Below, piece after piece: positions 50,837 through 64,000 of a DNA stretch of 64,000 nt. The notes under the pieces are model-generated. The model saw only the letters and a list, made by a program, of their open reading frames with translations, made no database searches and had not been told where the DNA came from. Source of the DNA: Eledone cirrhosa (taxonomy: Eukaryota); assembly GCA_964016885.1 (NCBI GenBank), contig OZ024746.1:19840001-19904000 (forward strand). Reading direction: 5' to 3'. Every line of letters starts with the position of its first letter. The stretch's first letter is position 1. A program made the translations under genes and the position numbers.

Positions 50837-50956
<120 letters not shown>

Positions 50957-51179
50957 TCTTACATGATTTATGTCTAAAAAATTTCCCCTTCTGAATTTAC
51001 CTGTCTATCTACGTTAGACTGTTATTTCATGGATATTTCCTGTTCCTTGCTTTGTATATTTTCTTACTGTCTCCTTTATCAGTTAAGTGTTTCATTAATT
51101 GCAGCTAGCCTCTGTCCATTTGTCTCACTTGATGCATTTATGCTAACCTATTGGTTGCTCTGATTGTGTTTCTGGTAGG

Positions 51180-51216
<37 letters not shown>

Positions 51217-52965
51217 CTCCTCCCCCCCAAAAAACAATAACAAAAAAAGTACTCCATAAAACAAAAACAAAAAAATAACAGAATGGAGAATGCAAGTTTT
51301 CTATCTCACCCCTTCTCACCCTTTCTGCATTCCCTTTCTTCTTTACAGATTATAAAAAATGAAATAAACATGGAAAAAAAAAAAATAATAAAAAAGGGAA
51401 AAAACTGAATGATTTTTTCCCCTCTCCACTAAAAATAATCCAATGTGGTTTTATGTCGGAATGATTTTTCTCTGCTGGAATTGATGAGATAAATTTCATC
51501 TTTTCAAATATTTTAAAAGGAATCTTTAAAAAAAAATCTGACTGTTGTTTTAAAGTAGCTTTGATGCCATATTGTATTTCTACTTTAACTAAATCATTTG
51601 CAAAATACCATAATTGATTTATCTTTAACTGGATGTTGTTTTGGTGGATGATGAGAAAAATTCACATCTTTTTTTAATTATTTAATAATTTATTTATATT
51701 TTATTAAAATATTGTATTTTCACATGCTATGGTATGGTATGATCTTGTAACTATTGATAGAGTTGCAGGGGTGTCGTAGTGGCAAACTATATTTCTAAGG
51801 TATTTTAAAACCTGGTAGAGCCCATCTCCTCCCAGGGTCTGAATACAGCAGATTTCTTCCAGAGGAGGATAGAAAGTGAGAGGAAGTAAGAAAGAGATAT
51901 AGAGGAAGAATCAACCACAATACTTGAATGGTACTTTTTTTTTTTTTTATCAACCTTTAAAGAATGAAAGGCAAAGTTGGCCTTGGCAGGATTTAAACTG
52001 TGAGAGCAGATAGCCAGAACAAATACTGCAAAGCATTCTATCTGATAAAGGCCTTAAGTCAATCAGTTTCATATTTTATATTTCTAGTCTTTCTTATTTC
52101 ACAGCTCTAGGTCAACTCCAAGGTCAACCTATGAACTTTTCATCCGACCCTCGTATGTGACACTATTTCACATTTACTTTCAGTCCACTCAGCTGGCAAA
52201 AAATCCAGATAAAAAATCCAGATAAAATAAAATAAAAAGTGAAAAAGTTGTACCAGTAATTCAAAGGGCCAGCCTTATCATACATTGTGTCATGTAAAAT
52301 CTATTTGAGAAGTACGTTAAGGGTGTATATATCTGTGAAATACCTAGTCATAATCGTAACTAATTGGCTGTGGCAAAAGTCAAATGTTTAGATTTGTTTC
52401 AGAGTATATCTTAAAGCACTTGAGTCATTTTAATGAGAATGTCTAAACTTGTCTACGTTTGGAGAAATGCTAATTGTTAGTTGTAAAAATTATATCTCTT
52501 TTCAAATTACACCCTACCGCCTTTAAAATGGGAGGTAGAATATATATAATTAGTTACAACAGTGACATGTACACATACTTAAATTTAGTTGGGTTGTTTA
52601 CCTCAACTCATTCAGCCTTTTATGACAGGCTGAATGAGTTGAGGTAAACTCATACATATCACTGTTGTAACTAATTATACTTAACTCATCTTATTAACTC
52701 AGTGCTCTGAACCCTTGGATATTTATACCAAGTTTGTACTATAATATATATATATATAATCACCGTTTTACGTCCATTTTACACACTAGCATGGGTTAGA
52801 CGAGTTGTCCTGTTGTGGGCAATGCTAGATCAGGTGACCATGTCTCATATAGATCTGATTTTGGCTTGGTTTCTACAGCTGGATGCCCTTCCAAATGCCA
52901 ACCTCATTTGAGTGAGTACTGGGTTCTTTTTGCCGTGACAACTACACGACCACTTATAGTATATA

Positions 52966-53388
52966 TCTACTAATATAATACCCAATGTGTATTTGTCCGT
53001 CACACACTTGAAATGACTGTCATCATCCCTCTCCTTCCTCAATCTACAGAAAGCAGCATTTAACATTTGCTACACTTGTGTATGTATAGCGAATTAACTA
53101 CACACATTGGCTATTATGATTATGTGAGTGTTTGTGTGTGGATATGTGTTTGTAATTCTATTGTCTATGTATCTTTCTAAATAAACACACAAACACACAT
53201 TTATAAAAACAGACACATATATGAGATGACTGAGGAAGGAGGGGGTGCGAAAATGTAGAGGTCCAGTGTTCTAAGATTCGTCACAGCTGTGTGTGTGTGA
53301 TCGCGAAAGAACCAACCAACAAACATCTTTTTTTATATTATGTATAGATATTACAATTAGCTACCATTTTTGATGGTACGGAGCCAGC

Positions 53389-53391
<3 letters not shown>
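52966..53391 (+). mobile_element. Non-autonomous Helitron-like element
   Basis: A^TCTACTAATATAATA start; taccat/atggta hairpin then CTAG^T end. Confidence 0.6.
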
Positions 53392-53447
<56 letters not shown>

Positions 53448-53949
53448 CCACTATGATATAGTCCTAGGTAGACTTTGCATTGAAAAAGTGTAGCTTGACC
53501 ACATTTAATTTATAGATATGTTCAATCACGACTATTTGTGTTGAGTGGGTGTGGTGATCAACAAGTGACCTATAAGAAGTGATAAGTCGATTTCGATTTG
53601 AAGTTTTTTCGACGTCAACGTCACCGCCGCCTCTCCTTTCTATTTCTCAAAACCAAACCAGTACTAATTATAACATACCTTTTGCCAATGGGATTTTTAT
53701 TTCTTCTAAATACTCTTAATGTTTGAGATTTAATTCAGTCATGTCATTTGTCGTAGGAAGGTACTGAACAATCTTTTCTTGATCAGTTAAACTGGAAAAA
53801 CAAGTCAAATTTATGCTTCAGTTATCTATATGCACTCTCTCATAATTCTCACATTACAATGTCTTCCTGGCAGTGTGTGAATATATATAATTAGCGCTCA
53901 GGTTTCTTTACATTTTGCTATCTCAAATGCAAGTAAAGAAATTGATTTC

Positions 53950-54230
53950 TTATTCCTGGGAAGGTATCTGAGGCAGTCCTCAAACACTCCTTGCAGCGAG
54001 TCATGTCAAGCAACCGTCTCCAATTGATCCAGTTGCATCTCCAAGCAAGACCAGCCGAGCTCATGGTTGTTATCCAAACGTCTTGATTAGGGTCTGCTAC
54101 CGGGTCTTCTGCCTGTGGTCTTTACCCGTAAGACCTGTCCTGCGATTCTTTCCTGAGACATTCTAACCACATTTCCGTAATAACGAAGCTGAGATCTCTC
54201 GATTCGGAAAGCAGCGACTCTACCTGTAGT
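53950..54230 (-). mobile_element. 3' end of another RTE-group LINE family
   Basis: LRYYGNVVRMSQERIAGQVL..; related copies at ~1975-2185, 6525-6735, 25575-25812, 38310-38490. Confidence 0.7.
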
Positions 54231-54699
54231 GACGCACACACAAATAGATAGGTATAGATTATATTGTGGATTTTAATAAAATATTAGTGCGCCGGTGACC
54301 CTAATCTTTTTCAACACTAAGTATGTTTTATATTCGATTTTTTTTTTTTTTTTTTTTTTTTTTTCCCCCCTCTATTTAAATCGTTAGATAGCTATAATAT
54401 AGTTTCGTGATATTTGTATTCAGATTCTTCGTTTTCCATCTTGTAAAATAGCTTTTTTTTTTTTCCCTCGGTTTAACAGTCATGATTAAAATCTGGTTAA
54501 ACCTGTAAATATTACTGAAAATACTCTGCTTGTGGGGACTAACATATTTGTTTGGTTTAAACATAACTTTAATTTATATTCACTTATGATATTATAATAA
54601 AGCGTGGGATAGACACGGTGCTTAGCAAGGAAGTTTCTACATGGTTGCTAGACCGGCTTGACATAGACATGGTTGTTTTTTTTTAAAATATCATCGACG

Positions 54700-55250
54700 A
54701 CCACTTGTGCCTTCATCGATAAAGTTCTCCACAACACATCACAACCTACTGTGATCAGAGTACGCGATCTGGAACCAGCTCATCCTCCACTTTGCCGACG
54801 TCCAATCCCCCTTCTCTCTGTGGACGACCAGTATTTCTCAAGCAAACGACAGGTAAACCAGTGGAGCAAGGTTTCGAACAACTGTGTGCACATGCTTGAC
54901 CAGCACCGCCTGGCATGTTACCGCTCTGCCTCAACCCTACATCAGTATTTCCCCGGGGCTCAACATCTGGATCTGCGAGCAACATAAAAGCTGCTGTGGA
55001 CACTAGGCCTTCACCAACTGTTACGCCGTTACAATGCTCGCCGCCTCCGACACCGTACCGCTCTCAACGAAATCATTAAATATGGCTTGGACGCCTTTGG
55101 CTTCCTTTCCTACTCAAGCTGATGGGTTTAGATTGAGGTGACGGCAAAATACCAGATGGTATCACGATCTTCACGTTTCGTGGTGGTACAACCCTCATTT
55201 GGGGCGCAATATATAGCGACAATCTACGAGGCGGCTTGTATCATTGGGGA
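54700..55250 (+). mobile_element. Relic of an RLE-type non-LTR retrotransposon (CRE-like)
   Basis: GLHQL...RH..ALNEIIKYGL..GF.S...GLD*GDGKIPDGITIF.F.GG.TLIW matches the zinc-knuckle/RHN plus PD-(D/E)xK signature. Confidence 0.7.
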
Positions 55251-56829
55251 AGTGATTGAGTATTCTTTCTCGCATTTTATAGATTCATTCTGGAGAGGGA
55301 ATGGGCTCTGTCAGGTTACACAGTTGCCCCTAGGACTCCCTCAAGAGTTACGAGTCCATACCATACACACATAAATTCATTGTTTTTCAGTTTTTCACGT
55401 CTTTTTAAACAATAGATTGAACTGTAGTTCCTAATAGACAAAAGAGTGATGGTCATGGCTAGAACACACTTCATCATGAATATGTTCGAACAGTTCTGTT
55501 CTGCTAAACCATACAAAAGTCTTCCTTGAGCCAATTAAAAAAAAAAAAAAGGTCTCTACGCAGTTGCTTGACCTGCTAGATCTAGCAGCCAAACTATCTT
55601 CAAATCACACCTTTAAATTAGGAGACAACATATTGGACGATGCAGTCTTTTAGAAACAAGATTATATATATATATATAATTAGGATAATTAACAAAGAGA
55701 AGACAAAGCAAAACGAAAAAAAAATAGTATATATATATACTACGAGAGAGAGATTTATCACAAATTAAAAGAAATACTGTCTGTCCAGAATGGCAGTGTT
55801 TCTTTGGTAAATATGTCCATATGCTGTATTGATTGGATATCAATATATTAGAAGATGCGTCTAGAGATGATGGAAAAGGAAGCTAGTATTTGATTAGATT
55901 GAAGATGGTGTAAGGAGAAACGTCCACTAAAAGATGACAATATATGTGCGAAGACACAGAAAAGCGAAACACAGTCCCAACTCATCAGTCGATCTCTGAA
56001 GATACGTTATCTTCCCCCATATACGAATTTTCTTTACTCATTTTCTATGATTTTAGCCACGCGGGACCTTTTTTTTTTTTTTTTTTTTTTTTTTTTCTTC
56101 TTACTGCACTTTCACTGGATTAGAACCTTTAACCAAAGTCGTAACTAGGGAAAATAGCGCCTTTGACAAGCAGTAAAATTGCGCCTCTGCCCATATATTT
56201 GACACCCATCTTTCAGATAATCATAAAAATCCAAATGGTGGCCCGTTCATGTGACGCCCATATCACGTGCCATGTTTGTCTACTCTAGTTACGCCTCTGC
56301 CTTCAACCCATTTTTTTTTTTTTTACATTGAACTAATTAGTTTAATCACAAGAGAAAAAAGTAAACTTTTCTAATAGATGGAAAACTATGGGAGAAGGAA
56401 AATGATGTCACATGAATGATACAAAAAAAGTGCCTCACTTGTTAACAAATTCACCTGATTTTACTATTGTGATTTTTAATGTGTAGACCAAACATTTTTG
56501 GGTGATTCGTTTTTCACCAAAACAATTTCTCTTTTTACATTTTCATTTCATCTTCAAATCTACATACATGAAATAACAAAATAATTTTTACTATTAATGC
56601 GTATTGTTTATAAGGGCAGTGTCGGTAGAGCGTCGACACCATGCTTTGTAGCATATAGTCATGTCCCTTTACGTGCTGAGTTCAAATCTCATCTTTACTA
56701 GGTCGATAAAATAAAGTACCAGTAAGGTACTGGGGACGATTTAATCGACTTTCCCGTCCCCCAAAATTGCTGGTCTTGTGCCTAAATCAGCAACCACTAT
56801 TAATGTTTACATCAATAACTTTTTTATGA

Positions 56830-58082
56830 CTTTCTTCCAATGGTCACGTTTCTGCTTCATATCTTCTGTGAGGTTCATCGTTCTGAGACCAGCTCTCACC
56901 ACTTCTGCCCAGGTTTTCCACTGTCTTCATCTTTTGAGCTTCTTTCCACTTAGAGTTTCTGGCACAACAACAATCATCTTCCATCTCCAGTCCGTACTAG
57001 CGCAATCTTATCTATGGTACACTATATCCATTACCTCATGTCCATTTTTTTTTCCTTGTTTAACTCATCTGTGCTTTCTCGTTCACACACACTAACATTA
57101 CATATCCAGTCAAGCATGCTAGCTTAATTTCTTTCTAAACTTCACATAGCTTCTGCATTCAATGCCTATATATATCACTATCATGCAACATCGCACTTCA
57201 TACGCAAGCATCACACAATCTACTCTTCGTACGAAGAAAAAGATCCCTGTTTCCAGCAGTGGTAGTACCACCCTGTATTTTTCCCCACCCAGTTCTTATT
57301 CTGGTCACTATGCTTTCCGAGCATTTTCTTCAATTGCTAATTTGGTGCTCTTGCTACAAACTACCACTGTGTATCTGCCACACACAAAATCTCTTTTTTT
57401 TTCTTCTGTTAACTTGTCTGTGATTCGGCAACATCTCTGTTCACTCAGTTTATACTGGATACATTGTATGGCGTTTCTATATAGTCCCTTACTGCAAATT
57501 CGGCATTACAATTTCTCTGATGGTAGTGTGATCCTGTTTTCTTCCCTATATATCAAAACGTACCAGCAATATCTGGGGGGGTTAACTCTGCGATGGACTG
57601 GTGTCCTGTCCAGAGGGAAGTCTTGTACTCTCAGTCGCTTAACGCCATAAAAACCAGGCTAAGCACCAGTCTGATTAGCCTCCGGGCTTGAGACAAACTT
57701 TACATTTTTTTTTTAAACATGATCCTATTTTCTTTCCTACAAAACTGGTCTTTGCTAACATTTTTTCAATTTACGCTAACATTTATTTTCAATTCCAAGT
57801 TTAGTTCCCATAACTGGAATTTCTTTTGAAAGCCTTCTACAGATACAGCTGTAAATACTAGGTCACCAGCATATAGGAGCTTTCACAGTAAACCAGTCAT
57901 AATAAACTCCTTTGTTATGACATGGAAAACTATAATAAACAGGGATAGGCTGAGAACAGAGTTTAAATGAATAGCCGCCTACACTTTGAATTCCTCACTG
58001 AACCCATTACAAACTCTCACTTTGCTGACAGCTCCTCTATACAGCTTACACTGTTATATCACAAGCCACTCCTCTACATCTA
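56830..58082 (-). mobile_element. Degraded RTE LINE fragments interrupted by a SINE
   Basis: Reverse-complement similarity to the 8.4-9.7 kb LINE (ELLYAGDLVF, EWLV, GRKTW-like). Confidence 0.65.
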
Positions 58083-58124
58083 GTAATGACTTTTGAAACT
58101 ATCGTGACCAATTGCTTATATGAA

Positions 58125-60378
58125 CTAGCAGAAAAACCACCTTTCGGGTGGTTTTCTGCTAGCATGTGTATATTGATATTATACGCAGGTATGTATCTAT
58201 CTATCTAGGGCGGGTAAAATTCCCGAGATCCATGGACGAGTTCTCTCCAGCGGTCCCTGTCCCTCATTATCGCTGCCATGTCCTTCGTCTCCAACAGACC
58301 AATGTCTGTCCTTAGGGCATCAACATACGTTAATCTTGGTCTTCCTCTTCCAGTGTGTCCATGTAGGGGCTCCCACAGGAGCACTGAGTGCAATGTCAAC
58401 TCTGGATGTCGGTGAGCATGTCCAGCTAACCTCAGTCTCCTCTGTGTCACTTTTGAGCTGACGTTTGGGATGCTCCCATACAGCTCTGAGTTTTTCATCC
58501 TCAGTGCATACTGATTAATGTTCAGAGCCATCCTCAGCATTCTCGTGAGACTTTCTTGGGCCCTTACAGCTATGAAGAGGCGGATTTTCAGGTCTTCACG
58601 AAGGTCCGACTTCCACACCGATCTCAAGCTGTGGTACGCCGCCCAGACTTTGCTCTTCCTCTCAACCACATCATCCTCCATATTCCCAATCTTTACTCCC
58701 AAATACAGGAAGTCCTCAACCAATTCTAGCGGCTTCCCGCCTACATTAGTGATCCCCTCTGGTTTCTCAATATTCTCTACCAGATATTTTGTTTTAGACT
58801 CATTCATTCTCAGCCCCACACTCATCGACACAGTCTCAACCTCCTGCATCCTTCACTGTATTTGTCGGCAAATTCAGCATCCGATATCTTTTTCGCCTTA
58901 ACTCTCCTGCTCTGAACCGGTGCTACAATAAAGCCAGAGTCCTGGTGTTTCTCCAGTGCAAGGCGCATACAATAGGCCACTATGATGATAAAAAGGTAGG
59001 GAGCCAATGTATCTCCCTGGAGCACTCCAGCCAGTATCTCAAAGAACTCTGTCATCCCATCAGGTGTAATGACTTGGGCTTTGGTGTTGGTGTAGAGCAG
59101 TGATATCAGGTCCACTATCTTCTTGGGGATTCCATAAGCCTGTAAGATCTTCATGAGGTAGTGACGGTCCACAGAATCAAAGGCCTTCCTAAAGTCAATG
59201 AAAACCATGACCGCAAGAAGGCACTTTGCTCTAGCTCCCTCTAATATTCTCCTCAGCATCAGGATGTGACTGGTGGTTGATCTTCCCTCTCTGAAGCTGT
59301 CCTGGTTGTCCCTGAGCTTCTTCACCATCTCAGGCTGGATCCTGTTAAGGGTCCTTGCCACAAGTGACGTCAGTGAGATCCCCCTGTAGTTGTTGGTGTT
59401 AGAGAGATCTCCCTTCTTTGGCACTGGGATGATGTTACTGATCCTCCACTGATTCGGGGCAACTCCTTTCTCCAGTGCCTGGTTACAGAACCCCAGGATG
59501 ATATCAAAATCACACCTCTTCATCACTTCTGATGCCAGTCCATCTTCTCCATGAGCCTTGCCCTCCTTGGCTCTCTGAAGCTCCTCTCTGTTGAAGGGCT
59601 CTGTCTCAATATCCAGTTCTTCAAACCGCTGCCTGATCTCCCCAGTGCTCTGGGCTGTGAAGGGCGGCTCTCCTAGTAGGGTCCTAAAATGGTGTAGCCA
59701 TTTCCTCTTCCTATCCTCGGGCCCTGTTCCCTGGATCTGACTCGAACACCTTCTCTTCCTCCCTGTGATCTCGTTGATGATCATCCAGCTCTCCTTACAT
59801 CCAGACCTGTCAACCGCTCTCTCCACACTTCTGATCTTCTCTATCAGTGCCTCCTCTCTGGCCTCAGTGTAAGCGGTACAGAGTTCTTCCTCATCACCTC
59901 CACAGTCTCCATCCTCTCCTCCGTAGGATCAGCATAGAATTGGTCCTTGGCAGCTTTCATGTGTTCTTTGATGTATCATATCTATATATACATGTAGATA
60001 TGATACATCAAATAAAATCGTAATTGACAATATATAATACATAGAAATTGAACGAGACTGCGTTACATTGTCTTATTTAATCAGTAACGTAATCCATGAT
60101 ACATTAAAAAAGACGATATTATATATAAACTGCATAAGGAGAAAATTAGTATGTTTATTTCAGCGATCGCCACCGGAAGTGTTGACATTTCAGAAATTTT
60201 AAAGAAGTGAATCTTTAAATAAACAAAATATATTTAATGAACAGCCACGAAATTTAGTAGATGAATTATGTAATATTCATTCATTATTTATTCAAAGTAA
60301 TCCAACTTATTTTACAAACGGGATAAAAAAAAAAAAACCGTACGCAATCCTGCAGACCTTCCTTTATTATAGTTTAGA
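58125..60378 (-). mobile_element. Non-autonomous Helitron split by a LINE insertion
   Basis: 58125-58204 and 59971-60378 join to reproduce the 13118-13587 element. Confidence 0.8.
58205..59970 (-). mobile_element. 5'-truncated RTE-group LINE with nearly complete RT
   Basis: ORFs 58822-59826 and 58205-58849: VPKKGDLS..NYRGISL, FIDFRKAFDSV, GVLQGDTLAPYLF, FAD, RRLRLAGH, GRPRLTY; approximate TSD atgtatc(a)tatctat. Confidence 0.92.
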
Positions 60379-62315
60379 TGAGTATAATTTGGGAATAATC
60401 AAGATTTTTTTTTTAAATATCAGCTTTTTCAGAAATTAATGTAGGTTTTTAAACATTAACTTTAAAGCAACAAATCTCAGTCCAGAAGAAACTTTATTGG
60501 TCAAAATAAAAACCTTTAGTATTTACACATTTTTGTTGACAGGATATAAGTTTTTGTTTATTCCAGTAACATAAAATTCTGAAGTTCTGCAAGCGATAAA
60601 TTCTTCTTACAATTGTTTGGCTGTTGAAGACGTTTCCTAACAGGAAATTGTCGAAATGCTTGAAACAGTGAGTAGGCTGGGTGAGGCAGAGTTTCCTAAC
60701 TCAAGTCGAGCAACTTCTTGAGGGTTGGTTTTGCGATGTATGGTCGAGCGTTGTAGAAGAGAATTAGACATTTTTTATTTATCAATGTTGGACACACATG
60801 TTTAAATTTGTAATGCATTTCATCGATTTTGTACAATACTTCTCCACTGTGATTGTGTTGCCAGGATTCAGAAAGCTGTAGTGGATTAATGCAGCTGTGG
60901 AACTTCTTTTGGTACTACTTCAGCTTTGGGAATTTGGTTGGTGAAATTGTTATAATGCTTTCTACTTTTGGCACAAGGCCAATAATTTGAAGGGTATTTT
61001 ATTTTATCGACCACGTAAGGATGAAAAGCAAAGCTAATTTCAGCAGGGTTTGAACTCAGAACGTAAAGGATCGTAACCATAGACCACAAATCATGTTGTC
61101 CAACGTTCTACCGACACTGCCATTCCACCTTCTTTATAATTGTTTCTACTTTAGGCACAAGGCCGGCAATAAACCAGTGCATTACTGGTACTCTGGGTAA
61201 TTGCTTAGTAATAAGAATTAGTGCTAAATATAAACTTACAAGTTAGTCAAAACCTAATGGATTAATAAAGAAGCCTCTCTTTTTTTATATTCAAACAAAA
61301 GAAATGAAATTTAAATACTAAGTTTAAGATACAATTTCAGTACTGGATGTCTCTGCACTGCTTAATTTCCTCCGTAAAATAGAAAAGACGGCAGCTCGCT
61401 TGAGGAAGGGGCCCTGTAAGGTGGGGGTGGATGTTGCAGCCGGTGACTGGCCATTCTCCACGATAATGACTTCGCCATTTTGTCAGCAGGACGCAGCTGT
61501 GGCTCCGCTCAGACTGGGGTGTAGACTATGTCCTCCCCCTCTCCCTTTCTTTTGTTGCTTGATTCTTTTTCTTCTTTTCGTTTCCTTTTTTTGTTGTTGT
61601 TGTTCCCTTTAATAATTGTTTCTACTTTTGGCACAAGGCCAGCAATTATATCAGTGCATTACTGGTACTTTATTTTATCAACCCCCGTAAAGGATGAAAG
61701 GCAAAGTTAACTCAGACCATAAGTTCAAATCCCGCTGAGGTTAACTTTGCCTTTCATAATGGTTTCTTATATATGCACAAGGGGGAAGTCGATTAAATCG
61801 ACCCCAGTGTCTGACTGTTTTGTTTTTGTATAAACAACGTTCTAAAATAAAATAACTGTGCACAAAAAAATAAATAAATGGAATAAAAGATAAGCTTTCA
61901 TCTGCAGCAAAACCTTTGTCATTTTGTCTGTAGGGCGCAGCCGAAACACCACTCTAGCTTAGGTGTCGAGTCTGTCACCCTCTCCTCTTCCTCCTTTTTT
62001 TTCGTTACTTAATAATCCTTGCCCTTCCCCCCTTTTTCCTCTCATTTATTGTCTTTTGAAATGCTAATTTCTTTGATTGATTTCTATTGATTTGTTTCTT
62101 TTGAATAATTTATATTTATTTATTACATAATTTTAATTTTTTTTAAATCTCTAGTATAAGAACTTTATTATAGTAATTTAGATAGATAGATAGATAGATT
62201 TATAATTATAAAAAAGATAATATTAAGTCAACCATAGAAAAAGAAGGCAGTATTGGAAAGGACTATAAATGCCATAAACGAGAGGAAAACGGGGGGGGGG
62301 GAGAAAGATGTTTAA

Positions 62316-62660
62316 CCCTTTAGCATGTAAACCGACCGTATCCGACCAGATTTCTCACCTCTTTCTGTTCAAACTGGCTGTAACCAGCCGTTTATACTGA
62401 AGTTAAGGTATTGTTCTCAAAATAAATATCAAAATCTCATAGATTCGATATTATGTGAAATAAAGTGTTTACCATGAAAATACAATAATACATATAGAGT
62501 AATGTGTAGTGACCTACATTCCGCGGGCTCATGGATATCTCCTCTGACCTATTTTCTGTCAGGCGTAAACACCTCTGTCCTGTATTTAGCATCCAGACGC
62601 GGGAAAGCTCAGATTCGGTTTCGAATCTTCGCCGCCGTTATAAATGTAAATTCTAAAGGG
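62316..62660. mobile_element. piggyBac-like TTAA MITE
   Basis: TTAA-CCCTTTAG ... CTAAAGGG-TTAA. Confidence 0.7.
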
Positions 62661-63929
62661 TTAAACGTACAAAATGGAATAAATTTGTTTCGTTAAAAAA
62701 GTAACATAAACTCTCATGCTCATCTTTTTCCATTTCTTAGAGGGTTCTAAACCCCACTATCAGGCAAAAATTTCTTTAGTAAAAAAAATATGGCGAAAGC
62801 TTCTATTTTTATTTCAAACTCGCTGTTTCAAAACATACTTAACAATAAACTATTTTGTTGTCTTTTTAACCAATTAAATACAATTTAAAACCCAGTGGCA
62901 GTTTTAACACAAAACCCGGGACTGAAATGTATTTTGAAAAAATATCGTTTATGTAGAGTAGACAATGTGAATACATTTGGACTTAGACTGATACAGCTAC
63001 CTCTGATCATCCCCACTAATTCCGTACACCATGACCTCAATTTTCTGACATTTCCCTTACTGACCTGAAATCTCCTTATTTCCTTTGCCTCCCACCATTC
63101 CTTTCCTCAGCACAAAAGAACGAAGTCTTACTTTCCTCAGCACAAAAGAAAGAAGTCTTACTAAACTGTAGTAGCATTAAGATTAGTCACATTGGTGAAA
63201 TGGTAGAATACCAGTCCAGTAGGGTTTATATTTTAAAAATATTTTTTACAAACCATGAACATTAAGTTTAGGTTTTAATCTAGTGGGTTCTGTGTGTTCA
63301 TATCCAATAAATAATATAAAGCTTGAAAGTTGTTTTTTTTTATTTACCTATTATTATTGTATACTTTTTTTTTTATTATCACCAAAAAATATCGTCATAT
63401 TTTTTCTATGAATATAATAATATAATGCTTACAGAATGACAATATAGACACAAATAATATATACAGTACTTAATGAAAATATAAACACACATAATAAATA
63501 AAATAAATTGTTGCTAGGAACCTTATAAATATAATGCACAAAAATATATGATCAAAGCGAGAGAAAAAACAAACAACAACTCATCTATTCATTTTTTTAA
63601 CCCTTGAAATAGTTTTCATGTCTCATGGAAACCTTGCATAAAGATTATTATATACTATTGTACCAGTAATGCACTGGTTAATTGCTGGCCTTGTGCCAAA
63701 AGTAGAAACAATTATTAATATGGTTATTTTTTGTTGTTGTTTGTGTGTATTTTACCGACATCGTAGCGACGAGAAATGACGTAGTTTTAAATAATATAAG
63801 AGGTTGAAGCCTATATCATAATAACCAAGGATTTTCGAACAATATGTCGCTCTTGTATAGTAAAATTACGAATATGAAATAAAACAAAAGTTACTCAGAA
63901 ATGCATTAGCTTATTTATTACTGTTTCTC

Positions 63930-63993
63930 ACGGAACCCCTAGCGACCTCTTCGGAACCCTATGGTTCAGGGAAAAACCGGTTGAGAAACGTTG
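63930..63993. mobile_element. Probable hAT MITE right end
   Basis: Repeated cggaaccc subterminal motifs, then gttgagaaacgttg followed by gtctaga. Confidence 0.5.
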
Positions 63994-64000
63994 GTCTAGA

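Noticed and set aside
51182-51212. Genomic poly(A) as a processed-pseudogene tail
   Set aside because: The gene retains 31 introns in the window; this is a simple A-run
53560-53650. CpG-rich patch with gacgtca as a promoter of a next gene
   Set aside because: No downstream exon could be identified, and CpG retention is general in this flank
61693-61757. ~22-bp hairpin
   Set aside because: Formed by two head-to-head fragments of the common SINE
63101-63160. 30-bp tandem duplication
   Set aside because: Two copies with one mismatch; ordinary slippage with no functional sign

Overview
AT-rich, repeat-dense animal genomic DNA. The SINE/RTE/MITE complement resembles octopod cephalopods (recognition from memory, not a database result). 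The main feature is a plus-strand CAND1 gene (cullin-associated NEDD8-dissociated protein 1). I traced 32 coding exons by hand from 781 to the TGA at 50579-50581. They total 3669 nt (1222 aa plus stop), all intron phases are consistent, and one intron is GC-AG. The first coding exon (about 14 codons by homology) lies upstream of the window, so exon numbers below count only exons inside the window. Introns and the downstream 13 kb contain RTE-group LINEs (one family carries a PHD-like finger), several SINE families, DD37D and DD34D Tc1/mariner relics, non-autonomous Helitrons, TTAA MITEs, and Penelope-like and CRE-like relics. I found no clearly new biological system. The best leads are: several long intronic or downstream hairpins, including a 118-bp palindrome with a single A:C mismatch; inverted repeat pairs bracketing exons; a CpG-decay contrast between gene body and flank; and the PHD-bearing RTE family. 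Repeat boundaries are approximate.
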